A DNA stretch of 63,015 nt, the filler included, from Reclinomonas americana ATCC 50394 (lineage: Eukaryota): the NCBI GenBank assembly GCA_048213135.1. It is 8 parts of 3 records of this genome, joined end to end, with 100 filler letters (N's around TTAATTAATTAA, not from the genome) between each part and the next. Parts side by side here need not be neighbours in the genome. Positions count along the whole stretch, not along the records: positions 24,306 to 32,090 come from PS015074.1; positions 32,191 to 38,827 come from PS015074.1; 6 more parts are not named here. One strand, 5' to 3'. Shown piece by piece: positions 25,301-36,420 of the stretch. The notes beneath the pieces are model-generated. The model was given only the letters and a program-made list of their open reading frames with translations, was not told the DNA's origin and did no database searches. Within the stretch, counting starts at the first letter, position 1. Every line of letters begins with the position of its first letter. A program made the translations under genes and the position numbers.

Positions 25301-28300
25301 ATTTACTTTTCCACACACAGCATCGCACATCATCACCATTGTGCTGCCGAAGCGGACAGTGGATTTCGTGATTGAAGACAATGCCCTCCGCGCGCAGTGG
25401 CTCATGGCGCTGCAGGTGTTGTCCGGTCGCTCGGTGCACACGCCCTCCGCCGTTGCGTCGCAAATCACACGCCGTGTGTGAGCGCAATTGCATTGACTCT
25501 TATCCTCGTCGCTCCGACAGGCTGCGGATGTCTCTGTGCCTCCACAACGGCGGCTGTCGTTGACACGACACAGTCGGTCGACGCGTCGATCACTGGCGGA
25601 CTTGCCACCGCGTGCCACCACCCTCGTTTGCCACTTTCTGTCGCTCAGTGGTGCGTCTCCAAAATGGTGATTTGTTCGTGTCCTTGAGAGTTCACCTCCT
25701 CGTCGCTTGCAGACTTTAGTTACTTGTGGCAAGTGTCGACTGGTTTCTGCGAAATACTGGAAAAGTGCGTATCGCAAGATAGTCTCTCTCTTTCTCTCTC
25801 TCTCTCTCCTCCTTTTATTCTCCCCGGCATCCGGTCTCCACTTACTTCCTCCCTGCTTCTCTCACCCAATTTATTATCTTGTCTGCAGTTCACTTGCAAC
25901 TCGCAGTGTCTCCCTGTTTCGTCCTCTCTGTCTCTCTTGTTGCCTATCTCTCCCGATTTCATTTTTNNNNNNNNNNNNNNNNNNNNTCCCTGCTCCTCTC
26001 ACCTGATTATTATTTTCGTCTTACTTGCAACTCGCAGTGTCTCCTCCCTGTCTGTCTTGGTGCCTGTCTCTCCAGTTTTCATGCTTGTCTCCTTTCAGTT
26101 CACGTGATGCTTGTTGTCTCTTCCTCTGACTCTCTCTAACCCCTTCGTCCCATATTCCCCACAAGCTGCTCGTCCACAGTGCTTGTCTTGTCATGGCTCC
26201 CTCTCTTCCCAACGCGTACGCTCACTCAACTCCCCAGCCGTCCTCCTTTCTTTGTTACCCTTATCTGCCGCTCTCTTACTTGCAGATGATCTGAAACTTG
26301 CACTCTCGCTCTCCCTAGATGTTTTCTCGCCATTTCTCTTTCATCTCTCTTCACCCTTCGCATTCCACTACTCTCTTGGCTCTCTCTCCTCTCTTTCCTT
26401 ACCATCCCCCTTCCCCAAACAAGCAACCTCTCCGAGCTGTCCCTGCCAGTGCGCACCAACTTGGGACTGCTGGTGGCCCCCTTCACCCACTCCGTGCGGC
26501 GAATCGTTCTCAAAGGTGGCCCCACTCACCCTGCGTGACGCTCCTTGTTGCTGCTCACCTTTCCCATTCCCATTCAGCTGGAATTTCCGAGAGTGCCTTT
26601 ATGTCCACTGACTTGCCGGCGCACGCGGCCCTGCCGGCCTGCACCCACCTGCACTCGCTGGTGCTGGGGCTTGCGGGACCACACGTCGCTGGTGATGATT
26701 ATTCGATTGGTTTCGATACGTGGGTCCAGCTTCCCGCGCTACGTGTGTTGTCTCTGCGAGGTAAGCCATTGTGGTGGGTCAGAGACCGATGCGATAGTGC
26801 GGAGATGGGGGAGTACATGAAGAGTGAGAGAGATTGAGGCAGAGTGAAGCTTATAGAGCAGATAAGGCATTGCACACAAGTCAGTGACGAACTTGTGAGA
26901 AGCACAACGCACATTAGGAAACTGGAGGAAAAAATGCAGATTACCTGCTGACCCCTCCCTTGTCCCGCTTGCTACCGTTTCTCGCCTTCCTTAGCACCCC
27001 GATCTACCCTTCCCCTTTCACATTCGCCTTACTTTCCACCTCATCACCCTTTCCCCTCATACCCCTTCCTCCTTTCATGTTCTCCCTTCTTCCCTTCCCC
27101 ACTCCACTTCCCCTCATCTCCCTTCCCCCTTTCACCTTCTCCCTTCTTCCCTTCCCCTTTACCTTCCCCCTCATACCCCTTCCCCCTTTCACCTTCTCCC
27201 TTATTCCCTTCCCCTTCCCCCTTTCCCCCATCCCCCTCCTGCCTCCCCCAGGCGGCTGCATCGGGGAGCGCGGATTCACCGACGCGATTGGCAACTGCAA
27301 CGCACTGACTCGCCTCAGTCTGAAAGGTTTTGTCTCGCGCATCACAACGCATCCCCATCCTTGCCCATCAACCCCTCCCTTTCCTTTCGCAGAATCCACC
27401 TTCACGCGCCAAGGATCACCCGAGTGCGCAATCCAGCTGCTGCACACGCTGGCACGACACAAAATTCCCACCGACTTGCTGGACTTGTCGTCGACCCCGT
27501 GGATTGCACAACGACTCAACAAGGACGACCTCACTGTGTTTGCCGAACTGGTCGAACTCCTCGGACAGGCGCCCGTACGCCGCCTCGATCTCAGCCGATC
27601 CTTGAACGGCTTGTCCAACGCAGCGCAGGCGTCGCTGTCACGACTCATCGGCCAACTGGCCGATCAGGCGCCGTGGTCTCTGGAGAGCTTGTGGCTGGCC
27701 GACAACAACATCGCGTTCATGTCGTCCAGCATCGGCGCACTGGTGTCAAAGTGCGCGTCACTCACGGAGCTGAATTTGCGCGGCTGTCCGCTGGACGATG
27801 CCGGCGTGGCCCGTGTAGCCAGGAGTCTCAGCGGCACTCGACTGCGTCACCTCGACCTGACCGCCACCGGTGTCGAGGTGGAGGGCGTGCAAGCCCTGGT
27901 CGCCAGCCTGAACGGCTCGACGTCGCTGGAGCGACTGCGCATCAGCAGCGGCTATGACACTGCGAATTTGCCGCTGATGAGGCCCAGCATATCGCAGAGC
28001 GGCTCATTTTCACGCCCGTCTCACGATCGGCAACGGCGATCCACGTGGCACGTCGTCGGCAGTCTGTCGGATGAGGCGTTGCGTGTGCTGCTCGAGCTCG
28101 TGGAAAGCCTGCCACATCTACAAACCCTGGCCATCGACGGTATGATTGGGAGGCGTTTCTATGTTGCTGAGCCTCGCTTTCACTTCAAATGTGCAGGGAA
28201 TTCACTGGATGCTGCCACCACCACGCGTCTCGCACATTTCTTGAGTCAGCCGCACTGTCCACTGACTGCGCTGTCGCTGCACGGTGAGTCTCTCGTTTCT

Positions 28301-29921
28301 TCACTGAGACATTCAAGAAACGGGCAGGTTGTGGCTGACGATTGTGTGCAGATACGTCGATGAATAATGACGCCTTCACCGCTCTTGTTGGCGCTCTGGC
28401 AGCGAACGACGGATTGCGCTCACTGGTTTGTTTGACCGCCTCCTTTGTCTCTCTCTCCCTCTCCCTCTCCCGCTCCCTCTTCCCCTCTGTACCTCTCTCT
28501 CTCTCCACTGGTGCTTACTGTTGTGGTGCAGGAAATCGGCTGCGGCAGCCTCTCGGTGAACCAGACGACTGGCATGCTGGATCCCATCTGTGCGCTTGCC
28601 AAGGCGCTGGCCTCCAACACCGGTCTTGAGCGACTGATCTTGTCAGGTAAACATTGGCTGCTTGCCGATATCAATCTCTTTTTTTTGATCGTGCGCTGCA
28701 GGCATGCCACACGACGAGTACCTGGAGAGCGCCGAGTGGACGGTGCTCTTCTCCGCTGTCGCGGAGCGAAACCTTCTGCCTGCATCCAATGCACGACCGC
28801 TGCGCGAGCTCGCGCTCACCGACAATTTTGCAAAGCCTGCCGACTTTGGCGAAGCACTCCTGCGTACGCTCGAAGGCCGATCTCACCGCTCTGCCTTGTC
28901 GCACTTGCCGTCGACGATATGGCGACTGGACTTGTCGGGTAGGCCAGCCTCATTTGTTCTCTATCTCTGCGCCAGGCATTCATTCTTACATGTGCATTTG
29001 TGTGAGTTTAGGGGCGGTGTTAAGCGTGGACGATGTTGAAGCGTTGAGCGTGTACGTGGCAAGACCGGAGGCAGAACTGCGCGAGCTTGTTTTGGCAGGT
29101 GCTTGTGAGGGGGGAAAGGAGAGGTCAAATCGACCAGTACATGAAATAGACACATATACTGTATGTAGTGATTTCTTCTTCTCCATCTCGATACTCATCT
29201 CCTTAGTGGGTCGGTGCATGCAGGCTGCCGACTGCGAAACGTACACTGGCCGTCGCTGCTGTGTATCGTGGAAACAGCTGCTCATCTGCGTCTGCTGGAT
29301 CTCAGCGGTTCGTCTTATTCCCTGTTCGTCTCCCCGCCGTGGTCCTTATGATGCATGCAGACAACTACTTAACGAATCTGCTCGCCACTGCCCTGTTCCG
29401 CTCCCTTCGACTCACCAGCACTACGGTGGAGACTCTGCGCATAAATAGTTCCGTGCATGTCGTGCTGCATGTTTACCGTGTTTCCTTCCGTCTCTCACAC
29501 GCGTGTGTCGCCAGATGCAAGTCTCACCGCCGGCGCCTTGGACGAAATGCTGTTGCTGGTGGAACGCACGCACTCGCTCCGTTACCTGCACGTCCGCAGT
29601 TGCGTTGATGGGAGGAGGCCGGAGGTTTGTGCGTCGCTCACAGATTCCGACAGATGCGTTCGCGGACGACTCGGCGACCTCGGTGCTGCGCGTGTTCGCG
29701 CGTTCGCACCCGTTTACAACATGCCAGGTCTTGGAAGACTGAACCTCGTCGAGTACATTTGGTGTGCAACCGTAAAATGCTGTATGATTGCAGAAAGCAG
29801 CAACTGTGCAAGGGGAAAGGGGCGAAAGAGAAGGGAAGGGAGAGATAAAAAGAGGACAGAACGCACAGTCGTGCAGCGTGGGTGCACACGTCTCACTTCT
29901 TGGCGGCGGGGCGGCGAGTGA
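21592..29921 (+). CDS. PH-domain + ribonuclease-inhibitor-like LRR protein (start and end uncertain; spans a gap and a linker)
   Basis: PLC-type PH motif (KHHRRVLCLSPDRSCLQ|W...TIVLPKRTVDFVIEDNALRAQWLMALQ) followed by RI-type LRRs (LESLWLADNNI, LTELNLRGCPLDDAG, LRHLDLTATGVEVEG, LERLILSG). Confidence 0.75.
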
Positions 29922-31673
29922 CGTTACCGGCCTTCTCGGCCTTGGTGGTGGTTGACGTCTCGCCAGGCGTGATGTCCTCGGCCTCCATCGGGTGTTCCTT
30001 GGTCTGCGGGGAACATGAGCGCGAATGCAAGGGAGGCGTGCAGGTGATTGTTTGTGACTCAACGTAAGCAAAGAACTGCTCCCAGGTGTACACATCGAGG
30101 TACTGTGTCTTCTCGATGAGCTGGCCGCGGCGTGAGCACACCTGCGGGTCGTTGCGGTTGAAGCGAGTGCCGCAAATGTAGTCCCAGCTGCACGGACAAC
30201 ACAATGATCAGCGGAAGAAAGCATCCAGCTTACGATTGCAGACAACGCAACATGCCCCAGTAGAGGCCAAAGTTCACATTGCCAAAGTGGTGGTGCTTGC
30301 TGCACGAGAGGAAAGGAAGGTGAGCAAGAGGAGAGGGAAGCGGTGGTTGTCGGTGACGACGCAACCAGTGATCGTTGAGGTCAAAAATGCGACCGTCGTG
30401 GGCGGCAATGGCGTACAACGAGGTCCAGAAGCCAATGAAGCTCGCCACCAGCGGGTGCACGTGCTGCGAGTGCGCCAACGAGGTGAGCATAGGGGAGAGA
30501 AGAGGGTGTGCACAGATAACTACGAACCCAGAGAACAAACACAAAGTGATGGCCCATCGGTCCCTGTGTAAGAATGGTCACACTCATTGTTGTTTAGGAA
30601 CAACTACACTGCTGCAAGTCGACGCACCTGCAGGATGGTCTCGAACGGGTGGGTGGCATCCTGCGCAAAGGCGCTCGGGTTGATGAACGCTGCAGGGAAA
30701 ATAGAAAATAGATGTCAGTGACCACTCGATGACGTGATGCGGTGGAGAGCATGTGAAGCACCGTGCTGCGTAGAAAACAAAGAATGAGATGAGATATCAG
30801 CAGGAGACCAAAAGAAACATGGACTCACGTGGTAGCAGTGGACATACTTCATCCAGAACGGCAGGCTATTCCCAGAAAATGAGTGACAGACAGCAAGACA
30901 GTTGCGGAGAAGGGAGGACGCAACTGCAACAGGCGATGAGTCCAGTAGAACCACGTGTCCATCCAGAACATGTAGATGGCACCGTCGCGGATCATGTCGA
31001 ACCACGTGAACTCGTGCGTCTCATACCACTGCGTTGGCAGGGGGATGAGATTGTGATTCAAGGAGGGGACGATGAAAGAGAGCGCGNNNNNNNNNNNNNN
31101 NNNNNNNNNNNNNNNNNNNNNNNNNNNNNNNNNNNNNNNNNNNNNNNNNNNNNNNNNNNNNNNNNNNNNNNNNNNNNNNNNNNNNNNNNNNNNNNNNNNN
31201 NNNNNNNNNNNNNNNNNNNNNNNNNNNNNNNNNNNNNNNNNNNNNNNNNNNNNNNNNNNNNNNNNNNNNNNNNNNNNNNNNNNNNNNNNNNNNNNNNNNN
31301 NNNNNNNNNNNNNNNNNNNNNNNNNNNNNNNNNNNNNNNNNNNNNNNNNNNNNNNNNNNNNNNNNNNNNNNNNNNNNNNNNNNNNNNNNNNNNNNNNNNN
31401 NNNNNNNNNNNNNNNNNNNNNNNNNNNNNNNNNNNNNNNNNNNNNNNNNNNNNNNNNNNNNNNNNNNNNNNNNNNNNNNNNNNNNNNNNNNNNNNNNNNN
31501 NNNNNNNNNNNNNNNNNNNNNNNNNNNNNNNNNNNNNNNNNNNNNNNNNNNNNNNNNNNNNNNNNNNNNNNNNNNNNNNNNNNNNGAGAGTAAGAGGGGA
31601 GTGGAATGAAGAGGGAGGGGGTGCTGAAGACGAAACCTTGGCCTTGGGGTTGGTGAACTCGAAGAAGGAGCCG
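29893..31673 (-). CDS. Sterol desaturase / fatty acid hydroxylase family protein (ERG3/SC5D-like), 5' part missing
   Basis: His boxes after splicing: FYWTHRLLH, YVHCYH, AAHDG, DHCKHHH. Also PSAFAQDATHPFE and NFGLYWGIWDYICGT. Confidence 0.85.
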
Positions 31674-32020
31674 CTGCGGAGGAACAAGGTGAGGGAACGG
31701 ATCAAAAAGGGAAAGGGGGAGATGGTGCAGGGGAAGGAGGGAGAGGGAGGGATGGAGAAGGGGGAGGGAGTGAAAAAGAAGAGAGAGTGAACAAGGGTAT
31801 GACTGAGACACAGTGAGTGAAGCGTAGGCTGGTGTGCGACAGAGGCAAGCAGCGAGCAGGAATGACAGGGTGAACGAGCACGAGAGCGAGTGAGAGGGAG
31901 GACAGCGGAAGGCAACGCGAAATGGAGAGAAACATGCATGCACACACTTGGCGAAGGAAATAATGGCAAGTAAGAGGAAGGGCAAGTGACAACAGAGCGA
32001 GAACAGGAAGACGAGGAAAG

Positions 32021-32079
<59 letters not shown>

Positions 32080-32418
32080 GAGGAGAACGANNNNNNNNNN
32101 NNNNNNNNNNNNNNNNNNNNNNNNNNNNNNNNNNTTAATTAATTAANNNNNNNNNNNNNNNNNNNNNNNNNNNNNNNNNNNNNNNNNNNNGCGAAAGGCA
32201 ATCAAGCAATCAGTCACACACAATCACAAATCAATGCACACAATCAACAATGCACGCAGAAATGCACACAATCACGCACGCGAAAAACAAACAAACACGC
32301 CAGGGAAACAACACACGCCGAGCATCGCCCGACAATCATCCACGCGTGAGACACACACCAACGAAGGAAAAAAAGGGCGCGAAAAACATTGTGTGTGTCA
32401 CATAGAGAGAGACGCAAC

Positions 32419-32548
32419 TGTTGATGTGCAACAGCTCATGCGCGACGGTTTGGATGGTGCCAATGGCAGCGTCTGACTGGTGAATGCTCATGCAGGCGAT
32501 CCACAGAGCAATCATGGCGAGAGACATGCGAGAGAAACGCGGGCCGTT
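32419..32548 (-). CDS. First coding exon of a gene with a signal-peptide-like N-terminus; continues toward the linker
   Basis: MNGPRFSRMSLAMIALWIACMSIHQSDAAIG..., ending at a GTTGCGT donor at 32418. Confidence 0.45.
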
Positions 32549-33289
32549 CATGCCATGATGATGGTGACTGTGAGTAGAGGGCGATGGAGCTGCAGCAGTG
32601 GTGGCGCCCATGAGAGAGCGCGCGTTGAGGAAGGACAGCATTGTGTGTGTGCGTGTCGCGGAGACTCGCCGGAGTTGTTGAGCGCTGCGACGGACGAAAA
32701 CCGTCGTGATCAATATTTGGATGTCGAACACGACAGCAGCAAATGCAATTGACACACAAGCAGGTCCGGGTCGACATGCTGCAGCTGTGTATGCACACGA
32801 ATTCGAATTCCGAACGCGACCAATGCTTTTTAAATTTCCGGGCCCCGCAGCGGGCCAGCTCCATGTTCTTGATCACAGATGCACAAGCATACTTTGTTCA
32901 GAGAGCTCATGCAGGCGATCCACAGAGCAATCATGGCGAGAGACATGCGAGAGAAACGCGGGCCGTTCATGCCGTGATGGTGGCGCCGGCTGTGAGCAGA
33001 GGGCGATGGAGCTGCAGCAGTGGTGGCGCCCATCAAAGAGCGCGCGTTGAGGAAGGACAGCATTGTGTGAGTGCGTGTCGCGGAGACTCGCCGGAGTTGT
33101 TGTGCGCTGCGACGGACGAAAACCGTCGTGATCAATATTTGGATGTCGAACACGACAGCAGCAAATGCAAGCTCGTCTTGACGACCGCTGCACCTTGGAT
33201 TCATGCAATCGACACACAAGCTGGTCCGGGTCAACATGTTGCAGCTGTGAATGCACACGAATTTAAATTCCGAACGCGACCAATTGCTT
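32486..33289. repeat. Tandem duplication of ~340-380 bp (32486-32827 and 32905-33289)
   Basis: Near-identical sequence from GCTCATGCAGGCGATCC to CGAACGCGACCAAT. The second unit carries small insertions. Confidence 0.9.
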
Positions 33290-33435
33290 CTTGAATTCGA
33301 ATATTCTCTTCGGCCCCAGATGACGGTACGTGATCGACGAAGACTGGTGCGTACATTACGCGATCCGACACTTTTCCCGAATTCAATGTGCCGTGTACGA
33401 TCGCAGAAAACGCTATGCGTCTATGCAAGTGCGTC

Positions 33436-33636
33436 AAATCCACTGGTCAACCACGCTTATGCGGTGAAGATCGCAGTTCTCGACATGTTCGGAGCTCCGA
33501 GAGCGAACACACACACAACACAAGGAACCTGCTGCTCCCTCAAGATTGGTGTTTGTGTTGATGTTTTGGATACGGTTGAACTTGGTCATCAAGACAGCTG
33601 TTGCTTGTTTGTTGGCGAATGGATTTGTTGTTGTTG
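33436..33636 (-). repeat. Dispersed ~200-bp repeat, copy 2
   Basis: AAATCCACTGGTCAACCACGCTTATGCGGTGAAGATCGCAGTTCTCGAC... matches 62018-62216 almost base for base. Confidence 0.9.
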
Positions 33637-33670
33637 TTTGCTGCGCCCTCAGCCTCTCATGACGACCGAC

Positions 33671-34780
33671 TCACAAATGCATCTCGGGGTCGACAAACAA
33701 TCGATGCACGACGACGGCCGCCTCCTCGACGATGAAACAGCGCAGCACCATCTCCGGCAGGCATCGTGAGTCCATCATCTCTTCCTCCTCCTGCTGTTGC
33801 TGCATCTCCCGCACAGCCAGCATTGCTGAGCGCGCCATGTGCAGCTCCTGCAGAGCGAGGCCGCGCGGAGTGGACCACACTTGCACCGTCTTGTCGTAGC
33901 CCGCACTCACGATGTGTTGGCCGTCGAGAGAAACGGCAACTGAGCACACCCAGTGAGCGTGTCCCTTCAGCCGTAGCACTTCCTGCCCGCCCGCCAGCGA
34001 CCACACTCGTATGCTATTATCTTCGCTTCCACTCACGATGTGCTGGCCATTGGGAGTAACGGCGACAGACCGCACCCCACGCCCGTGTCCCTCCAATCGT
34101 CGTATCTCCTCTCCACTCGCCAGTGACCACACCCGCACAGTCCTGTCTGGATAGCAACTCCCCGTCACAACATGCTGTCCACAAGGAGTGACGACAACAG
34201 AGTTCACCACACCCCTGTGCCCCTCCAATCGTCGCACTTCTTCCCCACTGGCCAGTGACCACACCCGCGCCGTCGTGCCAGGATACCCGCTCCCAGTCAC
34301 AACATGATGACCATCGGGAGTGACAGCAACACATTTCACGCCATCTCTATGGCCCTCCAATCGTCGTACGATTTTCCCACTGGCCACCGACCACACTCGT
34401 GCAGTCTTGTCACTGCTCCCACCGACGATGCACTGACCATCAGGTGTGATGGCGACACAGTTCACTTCTTTGGAGCGTTCGGTAAGCCGTCGCACTTGTT
34501 CTCCACTCTCCAACGACCACACCCGCACTGATTTGTCGTGACTCCCACTCACAACATGCTGTCCATCGGGAGTCACTGCGACGGCTGTTATCCATGAGGT
34601 ATGTCCTTCCAGCCGCCGCACTTCCTTTCCAGTCGCAAGTGACCACACGCGCACCATCATGTCGTCACCTCCGCTCACAATGTGCTGACCGTCGGGAGTC
34701 ACGGCGACAGCGTGTACACGTCCAGTGTGCCCCACCAGCACATGCTGGCGGAGGAAGACAGGAGGAGGAGCAGTGGACAT
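33671..34780 (-). CDS. Intronless 7-blade WD40 protein, paralog A (369 aa)
   Basis: Seven GH...VAVTPDG..VSGS.D..VRVWS repeats in one ORF, plus a ~60-aa C-terminal tail. Confidence 0.92.
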   Translation of the reverse strand: MSTAPPPVFLRQHVLVGHTGRVHAVAVTPDGQHIVSGGDDMMVRVWSLATGKEVRRLEGHTSWITAVAVTPDGQHVVSGSHDKSVRVWSLESGEQVRRLTERSKEVNCVAITPDGQCIVGGSSDKTARVWSVASGKIVRRLEGHRDGVKCVAVTPDGHHVVTGSGYPGTTARVWSLASGEEVRRLEGHRGVVNSVVVTPCGQHVVTGSCYPDRTVRVWSLASGEEIRRLEGHGRGVRSVAVTPNGQHIVSGSEDNSIRVWSLAGGQEVLRLKGHAHWVCSVAVSLDGQHIVSAGYDKTVQVWSTPRGLALQELHMARSAMLAVREMQQQQEEEEMMDSRCLPEMVLRCFIVEEAAVVVHRLFVDPEMHL

Positions 34781-35148
34781 GGTTCACGAGAGTGTGTGAG
34801 TGTGAGGTTGTGTGACGGATTGCGCGGGAGAGTACGTACGGAAAATGAGTCCCTTGTGTCAGCCGACGTTGGGCGCCGGCCACTTAAGTGCCATGCAGTT
34901 GACCAACAAACAATGCAGAGACGGTACACGCGGAGAGGAAAGCGCCTGGGCTCGAAAGAGAGTCCCGAAGTTGCATGAATGGCCGTATTTATTCATTCAT
35001 CGATGCATGCATACATCCCATGCCGGAGACAATGACAACAACACAGAGAAATTACCACAGAAAAACATGCATGCTGTGACAGTGATTGAACATGGGGAAG
35101 AGGAGAAGAGAACAAAAATGAGACACAGCGGAAACGAGCAGAGGTGAC

Positions 35149-36243
35149 TCACAGATGCATCTCGGGGTCGGCAAACAATCGATGCACCACGACGGCCGCC
35201 TCCTCGACGATGAAACAGCGCAGCACCATCTCCAGCAGGCATCGTGAGTCCATCATCTCTTCCTCCTCCTCCTGTTGCTGCATCTCCCGCACAGCCAGCA
35301 TTGCTGAGCGCGCTACGTGCAGCTCCTGCAGAGCGAGGCCGCGCGGAGTGGACCACACACGGATTGTGCAGTCACGACTCCCACTGATAACGTGCCGACC
35401 ATCGGGAGAGACAGCAACACAGTTCACTTGATCAGCGTGTCCCTCCAACCGCCTTAATTCTTGCCCGCTCGCCAGCGACCACACTCGCACAGTTTTGTCC
35501 TCACTCCCGCTGACGACGTACTGACTGTCGCGAGTGACGGCGACAGAATACACCTGTCGAGTGTGCCCCTTCAGCCGTCGTACCTCCTTGCCACTTGCAA
35601 ATGACCACACTCGCACTGCTCCGGCTGCACCCCCACTTACGATGTACTGACCATTTGGACTGACGACGACAGAACACGCACAAGGAGTGTGCCCCTTTAA
35701 CCGCCGCACTGTTCTTCCAGTCGCCAGAGACCACACTCGCACGGTCATGTCCTCACTGCCACTCACAACGTGCTGGCCATCGGGAGTGACGGCAACAGAC
35801 ATCACAGCATCATGATGCCCCTTGTACACGTGATCTTGTTGCTCGCTCGCAGTGGAGCACACTCGCACAGTCTCGTCCTTACTCCCACTCACTATGCGCT
35901 GACCGTCAGGAGACACAGCGACACAATAAACACGTCCGGCGTGTCCCTCGAACCGTCGCACTTGCTCTCCACTCTCCATCGACCACACGCGAACAGTCAT
36001 GTCCCAGCTCCCGCTCACAACATACTGACCGTCGGGAGTGATGGCCACGCACAGCACATAATCGGTATGCCCTTCCAGCCGCCGCACTTCCTTTCCAGTC
36101 GCAAGTGACCACACTCGAACCCTCTTGTCCCCACCACTCACAAAGTGGTTGCCATCGGGAGTGACGGCAACACACGACACCGCCGGAGTGAGGCACTCCA
36201 GCACATACTGGCAGAGAAAGATAGGAGGAGCAGCATTGGACAT
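35149..36243 (-). CDS. Intronless 7-blade WD40 protein, paralog B
   Basis: ATG at 36243 aligns with the paralog A start (MSNAAPPIFL vs MSTAPPPVFL). Seven WD repeats; tail nearly identical to A. Confidence 0.92.
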   Translation of the reverse strand: MSNAAPPIFLCQYVLECLTPAVSCVAVTPDGNHFVSGGDKRVRVWSLATGKEVRRLEGHTDYVLCVAITPDGQYVVSGSWDMTVRVWSMESGEQVRRFEGHAGRVYCVAVSPDGQRIVSGSKDETVRVCSTASEQQDHVYKGHHDAVMSVAVTPDGQHVVSGSEDMTVRVWSLATGRTVRRLKGHTPCACSVVVSPNGQYIVSGGAAGAVRVWSFASGKEVRRLKGHTRQVYSVAVTRDSQYVVSGSEDKTVRVWSLASGQELRRLEGHADQVNCVAVSPDGRHVISGSRDCTIRVWSTPRGLALQELHVARSAMLAVREMQQQEEEEEMMDSRCLLEMVLRCFIVEEAAVVVHRLFADPEMHL

Positions 36244-36420
36244 GGGCCACAAGCGTGTGTGAGTGTGAGGTTGTGTGATTGCGCGAGAGAGTACGTACGG
36301 AAAATGAGTGTCCCTTGTGTCAGCCGACGTTTGGTGCCGGCCTCCTTTGCCATAACATTTCCAACAAATATACACTCCTTATCCATGGCCACCTTCACCC
36401 CGCAGCTGCAGCATAATTAT

